Counted from the first letter of the stretch, positions 48,501 to 58,184 are shown. The stretch: DNA of 64,000 nucleotides from a virus (IMGVR_UViG_3300017792_000001:104697-168696); one strand, 5' to 3'. Numbers and translations are program-made. Notes: generated by a model from the letters alone, not told the origin.

Positions 48501-48724
48501 TTGACAAGCATGTTGGCGCTATCGAACAAAGCACCGGTTGCACCAGAGAGCATCTTGCCGTTGCGCAGATCCTCTGTGGGCATGTAGTCGAACACGAACA
48601 GGATCTTTCCCTTCGCATTCTTGGCGACAGACTTGGCTAGCTGGACATACGCATAGTCGTTAGGCTGTCGCTTGAATTTCGCTGAAAACTTGTATGCAAA
48701 ATCAACGTGATCGCACTTAGGCAT
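45515..48724 (-). CDS. polA: Family A DNA polymerase with an N-terminal UDG-like domain and 3'-5' exonuclease
   Basis: Exonuclease IDTET, NAVFDL and YMALD; motif A DYAAHEVR, motif B RNSVKQVVFGLIY, motif C VHDS. N-terminal LSGATG...ITEYKPDTVITFG resembles family-4 UDG. Confidence 0.93.
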   Translation of the reverse strand: MPKCDHVDFAYKFSAKFKRQPNDYAYVQLAKSVAKNAKGKILFVFDYMPTEDLRNGKMLSGATGALFDSANMLVKDYYGSEHNVTDYSWLAISFHAFKTVGLPEQDRADAKAEFAQRLKHVITEYKPDTVITFGPDPMRALNGEMIQSKYRGKRGVHYEHFYGVPIETTVTSKKKSHSFNHVSTISLNTLVGAVGKGDPMYLIGYVARNLMNAYYPGCMRYKIPDLKYKIRVVDNLEKFDAMMEDITNAKNVAIDTETKNLMRITNKMLTIQFACDEKVAYILPVAHKDSPWLAEELKYIKKRLRLYFEYKNKNKLHIYANAVFDLNRIRVDLGVRHFKNSTWDIFAGEFCLDENMKVLEGIVGGTYYSLNNIVMQYGCKAYYESDFGKEKRVTIEQEDLKGPVLTYMALDVITLHHVRKLQMRRAKDFNYTKHTSMVTEQISDMIHMFSCLEINGCKTDIDWLFFLKSKDSPILKHRDEVVKLFEDSPGVQKANAKMMKNAKVPAIGLMGRTKMNLFKIAKKEHLNFLFFDVLKLKPMSHGKAKAGEKEGKGKLDKDFQKKYADVPEVALYNELQKVKKIYSSYVKAFIKQWGSDTDMRLDMCIRPFFQFLRVVTGRTSATKPSLHQIPSRNDISDYIKALFPERADLGKIIKRLFVAAPGRLILKIDYAAHEVRGWSIITGDTEVADLFWHGLRLRNQYKLYPTAELAEKIDIEADVHKINAAYFFGMDIKDVDKPKRNSVKQVVFGLIYQQGIEGSAKSTGQSVEVLKELIAKFFKRFPVGAGWFDKIKKKAAKQLFVESPLGRRRNLWGFLIPKEARGYDGVYAATGRRAVNSPIQGMGSDFLVSGARLIEQLRYAHYKKTKHYPDFYMTNSVHDSLEFSVAYEDVMLAIRLIEQGLTYGVMDVMTKRHGMAFTVPLEIDFEVGANIRDCAAWDYSLRSEDPTFKENCAGKKNKLPNGEKKPGDSSLENIVYMALKQQKEEFGHDLDVDAVFKDIMKNQYAEMPSWAQKQAWNIGYKMKGMKEDPRRPEDCVDAKKAKMFLASNNVSAGKKTKVKESKVKRKQAA

Positions 48725-48770
48725 GTCACGAACCTCTTTCTGGGACTACTGGCAGTTTACAGTTTCAGGC

Positions 48771-48801
48771 AAACGAAAACGGACCCCGAAGGGCCCGTCG
48801 T
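48771..48801 (-). terminator. Intrinsic terminator
   Basis: ACGGGCCC-TTCG-GGGTCCGT-TTTCGTTT. Confidence 0.85.
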
Positions 48802-49314
48802 TCAGATCGCTGCAGCCAGCAAAACGTATTTCTGGAGGATGTTAGTCTGCTCCTCATACGTCTCGAACAGGAAGTGCCGACGATTCAGCGCGCTCATGTG
48901 AGACACAGCCGAATCACGGGTACCGCCGATGTTCGTGTAGTAATGCCAGTTGAGTGCTTTCAGGTGAGTCAGTGGCACACCATCAGGATCTTCCTTCATG
49001 ATGTGAAACGTTTCGCCGTCAGTCGTGTAGAACCCGAGGAAGCCGTCAGTCAACTGGCTCATGTACTTCGACAGATAGGCTTTCGCCACACCATCTTCAC
49101 TCGATACCTTGATGACGGAAGTCTTCACCCGAATCTTATCGAACTCAGGAGGATGCTCGCCGTTGAACTCGCCACTACCAAACCCGAAGTAGCCCATGAA
49201 GTCGAATGACGGATCACCGAATCGTGGCTTTTCATCAGTGCGGCAGAACAGGTAACGCCGACTTGCACCCCTGAGACGAATCACCGCGTAGGTCAATTCG
49301 GCAGGGTACTTCAT
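48802..49314 (-). CDS. Hypothetical protein
   Basis: TAATG overlap with the upstream gene. Confidence 0.65.
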   Translation of the reverse strand: MKYPAELTYAVIRLRGASRRYLFCRTDEKPRFGDPSFDFMGYFGFGSGEFNGEHPPEFDKIRVKTSVIKVSSEDGVAKAYLSKYMSQLTDGFLGFYTTDGETFHIMKEDPDGVPLTHLKALNWHYYTNIGGTRDSAVSHMSALNRRHFLFETYEEQTNILQKYVLLAAAI

Positions 49315-49925
49315 TAGCGATTGCCCTTGTTCTTTGTGTGCGGCTCGTTACCGCGGAACTGACCGTTGTTGCCCGGCAGTTCAGACTTGCCAGCGCCAGC
49401 TTCACGCGCAGCGATACCCGGCACTTCGGTCGGGATCAGCGTGTCTTGCGGATCGTTGGTCGAACCTGGACCTGGACTCACGCGCTCAGGGGTGCCATCA
49501 GTCTGCATCGACGTTTTCGGCGTATCAGCAGCGCCGGTGGACGTTTCAGTGACTACACCTGGGCCGTCAGTACCAGCTGGCTGTGGCTGCACGGGGGCTT
49601 CCCCTGCCTTGATAGCGGCACGCTGGGCGGCTGCATTAATGCGAGCCTCGTGCTCTTTCATGATTTCAGCAGCACGCTCAGGAGACAGGTCTGCATGACC
49701 AATCACACCCTTGTGCCCATAACGCCAGCCCTTGGGCAGCTTGTCACGATCACCGAATGGCAGGCCGTGGTTCGGGTACGCAGGCAAGAACGAGGGATCA
49801 GCCTCGAACTGACGCTTTGCAGCGATGGTCGCAGCGCTCCAGATACCGTCGATGTTGCCCTTGTAGAAACCAAGGTGGAACAGTACCAGTTGCTGTGCCG
49901 CCATTTTTTCTTTGGTAACTTGCAT
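49314..49925 (-). CDS. Peptidoglycan-binding-domain protein with a disordered C-terminus
   Basis: AQQLVLFHLGFYKGNIDGIWSAATIAAKRQFE matches PG_binding_1. Confidence 0.75.
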   Translation of the reverse strand: MQVTKEKMAAQQLVLFHLGFYKGNIDGIWSAATIAAKRQFEADPSFLPAYPNHGLPFGDRDKLPKGWRYGHKGVIGHADLSPERAAEIMKEHEARINAAAQRAAIKAGEAPVQPQPAGTDGPGVVTETSTGAADTPKTSMQTDGTPERVSPGPGSTNDPQDTLIPTEVPGIAAREAGAGKSELPGNNGQFRGNEPHTKNKGNR

Positions 49926-49972
49926 GGTATATCCTCGCAGTTAAGCGGGGAGTGTTACCTCCCCACCGTGAC

Positions 49973-52900
49973 TTACTTTTTCTTCGGAGCCCGGAAAGCG
50001 ATTTCAGCAACCTCTTTCTTGAGCACTTCAGGGCTGGCGATAGTGATACCAGCAGCCTTGATTTCCTTGATCTTCGCGTTCAGATCAGCCTTGTTCTGTG
50101 CGAAGTACATCAGAGCACCTTGCGACAACTGCCACTTGGTGCCTGCATCAGGGATAGCCTTGCCAATATGCTTCTTGATGATCGGGCAGGTCGCAACGTC
50201 GCAGACCAACATCAGCTTGTCGTTCATGAAGAACGGGAAGATGCGGGCCTCTTTGCGGTCTTCAACCATCTTCTTCCGGGTAGCGAAGAAGTGAGGCATT
50301 GTATTGGCAGGTGCCAGCTCCATGCTGTACAATCCACGCTTGCCTTTGGCGAACGCAGAGAACACCGCACCGAGACGATCAGCAGTCTGGTCACTGAGGT
50401 GGAACTTGTCCTCAATGTAGTCCATGACAGCGTTAGCCTGGTTACGGCGATTGACAACAACGAAAGCGTACTCACCGATCTCCTTGAATTTCAGTTTCTT
50501 CAAGGCTTTGGCATAGTCCAAGTTGTCCGTTTCAAGCGTCAGATACCCGTGGTAGAACGCAGGCGAGAACAGCACTGGTGCAGACTCGACTTCCTCAGCG
50601 CGCTTGACAGAGGTTGGGACTGTCAGGTCCTTCTCGTACTTCACGCCCTGATTAACAGGCTTACCTTCCTTGATATTGCGCAGACGCTTCTCGCCTGCAT
50701 CTTTCGCTTTCAGACGCACAGCCGCATCACGACTACCGCGAGCGTTTGCTTTCGCGGCCTTCTCAGCTTCGATTGCGTCCAGACGCTCTTGGTCTTTCTG
50801 CAGGCGTTCCAGTTTCCGGATGTCAGCTTTGCGGTATGCAACATCAACCGCGAACTGTTCCTTGATGTCCTTCGCGCTGATCTTGGACGGCACGTATGCC
50901 AGACCGAGGTCATTGAACGAAGTCATGGTGCCATCTTTCAACTTCACCATGATCGAAGACACTGGGCGCGACGGATCGAGAACACCATCCTTCGCACGAC
51001 CTACATAACGGTTCTTCACGCCAGCGATCATGCCATAACCCAAGTCAGTGATGACTGGCTGGCCGATCAAGCGCTGTGGATCTTCACGGAACGACTTGCC
51101 CAAATCACTGCGCAGATACTGCTTGAGCGAGATTGGCTTCCAACCATTCGGGTCTGGAATGTCTTGCGACGACACGAACGGAGTGAGAATGCGACCTGCA
51201 CCTTCGACGTTTGGAGTCTGAGGTACTTCGATCATGGACGCTGGCATATTCGTCCGCATTTCGTGGAATTCTTGACGCAGAAGACCATTCAATGCAGCAT
51301 AGCCGTTGACGTACTCGGCATACTCTTTGAAAGACGGACGCTGCTGCAACGTACCTGCAATCGACATCGAGACTTCAGGCAGGTTGTAGCTGGACAACAC
51401 CGACTCGTACCGTGGGTTTTCAGCTTCGTCGAAGCGCGCCTTGTTGAAAATCTTGGCGATCAAACGACCTTGCTTGGCAACTTCCATGGTGTGGTCAGCG
51501 ATCACCCAATCCAGATACACGGCCTCGCGGTAAATCTCACCGGCCTTCGCACCTTTAGGGTCCGGACGGAAGATACGCGATGCAGACTGGTCGAGTTCAC
51601 CTGGACCCCACGGGCTTTCCACACGAATCATGCGGGATGCCATCTGGAGGTTGTGACCTTCGCTCAGACCCATTTCGTTTGCGATCAGGATCTTCACTTT
51701 CGGGTCAGACTTGAATGCGTCCAAGTTCGACCACTTGTCAACTTCGATACCAGTGAAGCGCACAGCCATTGCCTGATACTTCGCAGGCAGCGCTTTGAAC
51801 ACGGCGTCGACGGAGTTCGTGTAACGGCAGAAGATGATCACCTTACCTTCAGGCTCTTTCTTCCACAGCTTCGGGTTCTCCGATGGACGCAGCCCAATGG
51901 TAGAGCGCGGCAGCATTTCACGACGCGGTGTTGTCAGATCCGACTTACGTGCCAGATACAGGTCTTCACCGTCCTGCACCAAGTCAAACTCGGTGTAGTT
52001 CTCGCCTTTGTTCCAGACCGGCGGGTTGAAGTGCTCGTCTACCAAGTTGGCGATAACCTTGGCTTTCTGACTCACATACTTCTTGCTGCCGTATGCACCG
52101 AAGACACGCTCAAACAACGGGTCGTGTTCTGGTGCGATGATCAGGCGTTCGATACGCTGGAGGTACGCTTCAACGTCAAGCGCGCTCAGCAAACCGAATT
52201 CGTCGTCTTCACCGAGTTCTAAGTCGGCTTGACGCAGTTCGCCTTCTTTTTCTTCCGGATCATCATCGTCATCATCGTCATCATCTTCGGACGAGGACGA
52301 GGAACGCGCCTTGCTCTTGGCCTTTTCGAGCAGCTTCTCCAGATCCTCGATGGACTCTTGCACCACCAGATCGTAGAGTTCACGGTGCAACTCACCCAGA
52401 CGAATATCGTCAGCAGAGCCATCGGTTGGCACGAAGTCAACACGGTGGAACGACTCGATAGGGTTAGGCAGCATGAATGCCCACTCTTTCTTCTTCTTGG
52501 TGATCACCGCAGCATAACGCGAGAGACGCTGGCGGGCACGCTGTGGGGTGTTCACTTTCCAAAGCTGCACGGTGTCGTCACCCAGCTCCAGATCATCTTC
52601 GACCTTGGTGTTCTGCGACAACTCACCGCGACGGAAGATGTGCGGGCTGTACAGAGCGGTCTGGCCTTCGATGTCCTTCACGCGGTCAGCGATCAGGGTA
52701 CCGGTAGCGATACGCAGGTAATCAACGAACGAAGCGGTGGTCAGTTGACGCACGATCTTCGATTTGGCAGTCAGCGGGTTTTTCAGCTTGTGGCTTTCGT
52801 CGATGATGATGTAGTTGAACTTGAAGGCCTTGATGAACTCCAGGTTCGTACCGACGTTGATCACCGCGTTACCGATAACGATGGACATCTTGTTGTTACG

Positions 52901-55900
52901 CAAGAAATTCAGACCGGCTACAACGATGGTGTTTGGCGGCGCGCTGTCGATAAGCTGCTGCAACTTCTCCGCACCCCAACGCTTGAACACCGCGTTGTCG
53001 ATAGGGATCATGTTCCAGTTGCCACCAGCGAACGTCTTCATGTCGTCACACCAGTTGCGCACCAGACCATCCGGGCACAGAACCAGTGGGCGCACTTTGG
53101 TACCGAGCGCCTGCATATCCTTGACGATAGACGCCATGTCGCCCAGACCGATGGAGGTCTTACCACCACCAGGGCTGATGTCGAGCACCGCAAACTTCGG
53201 CGGCTTTGGCTTACGCAGATAACGGTGAGTGTCGAGCTGGTGCGGGAACACCGAGAACTCTTTGTTCGATCCAGCGAAGTGGATGTCTTCCACGTCGATG
53301 CTGTCGTCACGCTCAATCGACTTGATCGCTTCCTCGGCTTCGGCCTGGAACTCCTCGTAGTTCTGCGCGTACTTACCGAACAGGATGGAGATCGGCTTGA
53401 CGATGTTCAGGATAACCGAACTGTCAGGACGAGTCACTGTTTGGTTCACCATACGTACCGGCATATCTTTCAGACGGTAGTTGGCGTTGTACTCAGACTT
53501 GAACTCACGGTCGCCGTTGGTCAATTGCTCAACCGACAGGCTGTTGATGCCGTCCAGGATCTGCTTGAACATATTGCCGCCGACGAACTGGTACAGGCGG
53601 GCAAAGTGGTTTGCAGGTGACTGGTTAGGAACGAAGTAGTCTTCGTGCTCCTTGACCGCTTCCTGGAACGCATCCATCCCAGCGCTAGAGCCGAGTTCTT
53701 CTTGCACGGATGCAGCGACCCAGCTACCGGATTTACCGGAGCAGGCCATCGCAGTGCGAGACAGGATGTTCTCCAGAATCTCGATGTCTTTCGCTTGAGT
53801 GACATCGACACCGGTGATCTTGCCGTCTTCCTTGATGATGCCGGAGTAAACACGCGAACCTTGTTGACGCGGTGCTTCTGCGTCCAGCTTGTCGATGTTC
53901 AGTTCGGACATCGCACGGTCGACCAGCTCTTGAATCGACGGTAGTTCCTTCTTGTACGCGTGGTACAGGTAGGTCTCGATGATCGACTTGAAGTGCGGTG
54001 CGCGTACCCATTCGTCAGCAGAGAACGGACCACCATACAACTCGGCAGGATCCTTGTCGTTGACAACCGGGTCTTCGTCGGTCATCAGCATCACGGAGTC
54101 AGCGAAGGTCTTTTGCAGTGGAGCTTCACCTTCACGCGCCATGTTGTAGCCGAGGTAGTCGGCAATGGTCAACGTATCAGGCTTCACAGCACCGATCTGG
54201 ACGTCGCAACGCACGATACCAGGACGAGCCGACGCATACACGCGCAGACCATAATCCCAGTCGTAGCTCAGCACCGAACCTTCGAACGCAACCAGTTTCT
54301 TCAGGTCTTCGACAGCTTCCTGATAGACTTGGTACGGAACACCGAACTGCACCAGAACGTCATACGACTCCGACAGCTGGCTCATGTTGATGCTGTAGTC
54401 GGCGCAGGTCTTGGCGATCTTCGCAGACAGACGCTCGAACTCCACAACGGAGGTCAGATGCTGGCGATCTTCCTGAGTCGGCAGGTATGCAAGCGTACCC
54501 TTCGGCGTGACGTACAGACCGTCTTCGTTCGCACGGGTTGCTTCAACACTCATGCCCATACGCTGACGGGCTTTGGTGATGTCTTCCAGTTTCGACACCG
54601 GCAGCACATACCGCGGAATGTTGGACAGCTTTACGCGACCTTGGCCGATCGTGTTCTTCACACGGGTGTTCGGCTTACGGAGGAACTGCGACGACCAGAT
54701 GGAGAACCAGTTGTCGAAGCTGCTGTAGTTGATCTGCTCGCCATCACTGGTTTGCGTGATGAAGTTGGCAGTCGCCTTGTCGAAGGTGAACGACACGGTG
54801 GAACCAACAGCACGGTTCATCAGAGCCGCTTCGGTCGTGGTGTCCTGGCTGATACGATGCTTGATCACAGTCTCGTGGTTCAGCAAGTTCTCAGGAGCGG
54901 TGTCGCTCTTATCCAGTTCGGTCTTGTAGCTTTTCTGCAAGGCTGCAGCCGCATTCTTCTCAGCGTGCAACACCAGACCAATACGCACGAAGCGATCAGC
55001 GTAGCTGTTTGGCTCGCTGCCGAAGGTGATGTTGGTGAAGAATTCTTCTGGTAGCTTGACGCCAACCACTTTCTCGAAGATCCGTTGAATCTCGGTGAAG
55101 TCAGTGGTCAGTGGAATGCTGCGCAGTTGCGGCTCGTATGCGGCGTGCTCAGTACCTTCACCGAAGACGTATGCCAGGATCTGCTTAGCCGCTTCTTTCA
55201 CGCGGAGGCAGGTCTCGGTCATGTACGAGTTCAGACGGTTCTGCTCATAGCCCCATTCAGTCAGCGTGGATTCCAGATAGCCGCCGTAGCTGATATCGGA
55301 ACACATCAACGATTGGTCGCGGGCCGAACGAGCCAGCACCACGTCGATACCACCGGCGTAGACTTGCGACGGACGCAGGCTGTGCTTGTCGCCTTGCATC
55401 ATTGCACCGATGACGCTGTACATCGACTGCGTTACCGAGTTCTCGGCACCAGTCTTCAAGGTATTGCGGTACTTCACGGCCTGGATGAAGATCGACTGAA
55501 TCTCTTGGGAGAGTCGAGCCGGATCGTCTTCTGCTTCAAACAGACGGCGGCCTTGGTGCATCAGGTCGCGCATGAAATACATGAACACGTTGAACGAGTT
55601 GGTCGCATCTGCGATCTGGTCGAACAGTTCGATCAGGAATGCACGGCTGCGTTTCACAGGTGCAAACTGCAACCCTGGACCGTCGTTGTCCGCATCGTCG
55701 TCTTCGTCGTCATCCGCTTTCTTCACCAGCGCACGCTTCTTGGGCTTACGCGAGTAGAAGAAGGCTTCCAGTGCGGTGAGTTCGTCGTCAGCCAAAGACA
55801 CAGGCTGGAGAGACTTCACCAGATCAGTGGTGCCAGTGGCGGACAAGGACATGAACGACTTGTCTTGATAGCCGTCACCGCCGAGAGCGTTGCGCATACG

Positions 55901-55987
55901 CCGAGTTTCTTCTTCAAACTCAGACGGCTGGTGCTTCGCTTGGTCGATTGCGCGAGACAGCTTGTTTAGATCGAAAATGGAGCCCAT
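49973..55987 (-). CDS. 2004-aa SNF2/SWI2-family ATPase
   Basis: SPGGGKT, VLCP..L..NW, IIDESHKLKN, ATGT, IIFCRY, SEGHNL and QSASRIFR motifs. Confidence 0.93.
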   Translation of the reverse strand: MGSIFDLNKLSRAIDQAKHQPSEFEEETRRMRNALGGDGYQDKSFMSLSATGTTDLVKSLQPVSLADDELTALEAFFYSRKPKKRALVKKADDDEDDDADNDGPGLQFAPVKRSRAFLIELFDQIADATNSFNVFMYFMRDLMHQGRRLFEAEDDPARLSQEIQSIFIQAVKYRNTLKTGAENSVTQSMYSVIGAMMQGDKHSLRPSQVYAGGIDVVLARSARDQSLMCSDISYGGYLESTLTEWGYEQNRLNSYMTETCLRVKEAAKQILAYVFGEGTEHAAYEPQLRSIPLTTDFTEIQRIFEKVVGVKLPEEFFTNITFGSEPNSYADRFVRIGLVLHAEKNAAAALQKSYKTELDKSDTAPENLLNHETVIKHRISQDTTTEAALMNRAVGSTVSFTFDKATANFITQTSDGEQINYSSFDNWFSIWSSQFLRKPNTRVKNTIGQGRVKLSNIPRYVLPVSKLEDITKARQRMGMSVEATRANEDGLYVTPKGTLAYLPTQEDRQHLTSVVEFERLSAKIAKTCADYSINMSQLSESYDVLVQFGVPYQVYQEAVEDLKKLVAFEGSVLSYDWDYGLRVYASARPGIVRCDVQIGAVKPDTLTIADYLGYNMAREGEAPLQKTFADSVMLMTDEDPVVNDKDPAELYGGPFSADEWVRAPHFKSIIETYLYHAYKKELPSIQELVDRAMSELNIDKLDAEAPRQQGSRVYSGIIKEDGKITGVDVTQAKDIEILENILSRTAMACSGKSGSWVAASVQEELGSSAGMDAFQEAVKEHEDYFVPNQSPANHFARLYQFVGGNMFKQILDGINSLSVEQLTNGDREFKSEYNANYRLKDMPVRMVNQTVTRPDSSVILNIVKPISILFGKYAQNYEEFQAEAEEAIKSIERDDSIDVEDIHFAGSNKEFSVFPHQLDTHRYLRKPKPPKFAVLDISPGGGKTSIGLGDMASIVKDMQALGTKVRPLVLCPDGLVRNWCDDMKTFAGGNWNMIPIDNAVFKRWGAEKLQQLIDSAPPNTIVVAGLNFLRNNKMSIVIGNAVINVGTNLEFIKAFKFNYIIIDESHKLKNPLTAKSKIVRQLTTASFVDYLRIATGTLIADRVKDIEGQTALYSPHIFRRGELSQNTKVEDDLELGDDTVQLWKVNTPQRARQRLSRYAAVITKKKKEWAFMLPNPIESFHRVDFVPTDGSADDIRLGELHRELYDLVVQESIEDLEKLLEKAKSKARSSSSSEDDDDDDDDDPEEKEGELRQADLELGEDDEFGLLSALDVEAYLQRIERLIIAPEHDPLFERVFGAYGSKKYVSQKAKVIANLVDEHFNPPVWNKGENYTEFDLVQDGEDLYLARKSDLTTPRREMLPRSTIGLRPSENPKLWKKEPEGKVIIFCRYTNSVDAVFKALPAKYQAMAVRFTGIEVDKWSNLDAFKSDPKVKILIANEMGLSEGHNLQMASRMIRVESPWGPGELDQSASRIFRPDPKGAKAGEIYREAVYLDWVIADHTMEVAKQGRLIAKIFNKARFDEAENPRYESVLSSYNLPEVSMSIAGTLQQRPSFKEYAEYVNGYAALNGLLRQEFHEMRTNMPASMIEVPQTPNVEGAGRILTPFVSSQDIPDPNGWKPISLKQYLRSDLGKSFREDPQRLIGQPVITDLGYGMIAGVKNRYVGRAKDGVLDPSRPVSSIMVKLKDGTMTSFNDLGLAYVPSKISAKDIKEQFAVDVAYRKADIRKLERLQKDQERLDAIEAEKAAKANARGSRDAAVRLKAKDAGEKRLRNIKEGKPVNQGVKYEKDLTVPTSVKRAEEVESAPVLFSPAFYHGYLTLETDNLDYAKALKKLKFKEIGEYAFVVVNRRNQANAVMDYIEDKFHLSDQTADRLGAVFSAFAKGKRGLYSMELAPANTMPHFFATRKKMVEDRKEARIFPFFMNDKLMLVCDVATCPIIKKHIGKAIPDAGTKWQLSQGALMYFAQNKADLNAKIKEIKAAGITIASPEVLKKEVAEIAFRAPKKK

Positions 55988-55996
55988 GACTGATCC

Positions 55997-56377
55997 TCAG
56001 AAGTGGCCGCGAGAGTCAAGCAGCTTAGTCCACAGTTCGGGAACTGCGACCTTCTGCTCGTTGGCGATGGTTACGAGAGCCCGCACCATACTCAGGCGAG
56101 TGATAGGCTTCATCCCTTCAAAGTAGAGGCGGTTGTACCCGATCACCAAGTCGGTTGCCCGCTGGGTTTTCAGTTCATCGTACACCCGTTGTTTGAAGTC
56201 GTTCACCTGATGTTCAGGCAAAGACTCCGGTGCTGGGAGTCGCTCAAACAGCAACTCATTACGCAGTTCTTCCATCGCCTTGGTCAACGTGTCGATAATG
56301 CGCAGGGCATCAGGACTCGTTTCATCCTTGGCAATGTCGCGCAGGACTTTTTGGACTTTGTCCAGTTCGCCGCTCAT
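55997..56377 (-). CDS. Hypothetical protein
   Basis: AGGAG SD, ATG 56377. Confidence 0.65.
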   Translation of the reverse strand: MSGELDKVQKVLRDIAKDETSPDALRIIDTLTKAMEELRNELLFERLPAPESLPEHQVNDFKQRVYDELKTQRATDLVIGYNRLYFEGMKPITRLSMVRALVTIANEQKVAVPELWTKLLDSRGHF

Positions 56378-57057
56378 GCAAACACTCCTGTAATTGATTG
56401 TCGCCAAAGGCTTTTGAGCGTGGTGTCGATCTTGGCGTACATCGGGACAAGCCCGCGTGCTTTGACTTCGTACTTCACCACAAGTTCTTTATCCGTCCGC
56501 ACCATCGAGATAGTGACGTCAGGAGTTGCAGAGGCAATCCAGAAGTCCTTGTCTTGAATGGCAGGCAGCTTGCGCTGTTTCTTCGGATCACCGTTGGGCA
56601 TTTTGTCACTTAGTTGGTACGGAAGATCCTTGTAGACAAGACCTTGCATCCGACCGATCAGGTATTTCAAGTCAAACCGCTGAGGCCGTAAAACGACAAT
56701 ACCCACAAACGTGGGGTTGAGGATGGCACATACAGGGTCTGCACTGGTGTACTGAATTGATTGCGAGTGTCGTGTGACGCGCATGTGGTCCAGCAGCCCA
56801 CCCTTGGCAACGTAGCGCTTCAGGGTTCGCACGATCGGCGATAGCTGTACAAACTCATTTACAGTATGTTGAAGTGGCACTTTCGCGCCAGCTTGGTTGA
56901 TCAAAATGCGAAAGCATTCCGGCACCGCCACGTCCGCGTTATCGTACACACGGAGCTGGCTAACGGCGCGCATTTTCAGGAAAGCTTCCCACATCGGCAT
57001 GTAGTCTGAACTAACGTCCTTTGGGAACTCTACTTTTTTCACGATTGTTAGCTTCAT
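56374..57057 (-). CDS. Hypothetical protein
   Basis: Start moved to ATG 57057. Confidence 0.6.
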   Translation of the reverse strand: MKLTIVKKVEFPKDVSSDYMPMWEAFLKMRAVSQLRVYDNADVAVPECFRILINQAGAKVPLQHTVNEFVQLSPIVRTLKRYVAKGGLLDHMRVTRHSQSIQYTSADPVCAILNPTFVGIVVLRPQRFDLKYLIGRMQGLVYKDLPYQLSDKMPNGDPKKQRKLPAIQDKDFWIASATPDVTISMVRTDKELVVKYEVKARGLVPMYAKIDTTLKSLWRQSITGVFA

Positions 57058-57382
57058 GTAGGATAAGTTTCTTGGCGGACTTATGGCTTGGTCGAGCAGC
57101 GTGGCAGTACGGGCACAAGGCACGCAAGTTGTAGAAGGCGGTTTGACCACCGCGACTGACCTCAACGATATGGTCAACCTGGAGCCCATATTCAGTCTCT
57201 GGGCGACTGCACTTCTGACACTTGTGGTTTGCTCTGCGCTTTACCTCGGCGCAGATAGCTGCCCACGTCCAACGATCACCATAAGACTGAACTGAGGTCC
57301 TGCGAATCTTGGAGACTGTCTTGGCCTTTGAAGGACCTGTGACGATTCGCGCCTTTGACTTGTGTACCTTGGGTCGCTTCAT
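57011..57382 (-). CDS. HNH endonuclease
   Basis: CQKC, QVDHIVEVSRGG and NLRALCPYCH. Confidence 0.92.
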   Translation of the reverse strand: MKRPKVHKSKARIVTGPSKAKTVSKIRRTSVQSYGDRWTWAAICAEVKRRANHKCQKCSRPETEYGLQVDHIVEVSRGGQTAFYNLRALCPYCHAARPSHKSAKKLILHEANNREKSRVPKGR

Positions 57383-58173
57383 GTAAGCACCGTTCGCACT
57401 CGTTCCAGCATGAGCTGGTAGTTACCAGTGATCTTGTCGGATTCATCCTTGATGATCCCGTCGAGTTCCCCGAGCAGTTGGTGCCGAGCCTCTTTGTCTT
57501 TCACAAAGGTGCGGATGTCCTTGGACAGCTTGTAGTAAATAGCCACAAAGTTCTGACCAACAGACTGCAAGAAGGCACCGTAGGCTTTCGCCTCCAGTTC
57601 GGCGATCTGAGCGCTCACGTCTTTGGCGCTGCGCATATCCGCAATGACTTCACGCATCTGCGAGTACATCGTGGACAGAGCGTACACGTCACCCTTGTTT
57701 GGAGTACCCGAGAGCATACTGTCCTCGAATATCTCGATGATCTGTTGAAGCTTGACGAACATGGCGCGATACTGCCGATCGAATTCGTCATTGCCGCCCT
57801 CAGCAGGTAGATACATCATGGCTGCTTCGGTCTTTTCTTTGCGGCGTTGCAGCTTGCCCATCAGCTTTTCACTGGCAGGCTTGGAGTTGCCTTTTGGATC
57901 TGCATCTATCAGAGCGAGTTGCGTGCTCCGCGTTTTCTTCTTTTTCTTCTTGACTGGGAATTCTTCTTCAACCGCTTTGCGCTTCTTGCGCTTTTTAGCT
58001 GGCGGTGAATCGTCGATTACTATCTCAGCCTTTGCCTTCCTTGGATCAACTCGCTTTTTCTTCTTGAGTCCAGAACGACGTGCATCGTCTGGAATGTCCT
58101 TGTTAATAACCCGACCACGTTCGTCAACATCACCCGAAACGTCGATCCGGCTAGAGCTACGAGTTTTAGCCAT
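57379..58173 (-). CDS. Hypothetical protein with a basic N-terminus and helical C-terminus
   Basis: 264-aa ORF with Lys tracts. Confidence 0.65.
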   Translation of the reverse strand: MAKTRSSSRIDVSGDVDERGRVINKDIPDDARRSGLKKKKRVDPRKAKAEIVIDDSPPAKKRKKRKAVEEEFPVKKKKKKTRSTQLALIDADPKGNSKPASEKLMGKLQRRKEKTEAAMMYLPAEGGNDEFDRQYRAMFVKLQQIIEIFEDSMLSGTPNKGDVYALSTMYSQMREVIADMRSAKDVSAQIAELEAKAYGAFLQSVGQNFVAIYYKLSKDIRTFVKDKEARHQLLGELDGIIKDESDKITGNYQLMLERVRTVLT

Positions 58174-58184
58174 ATCGTGGACCT

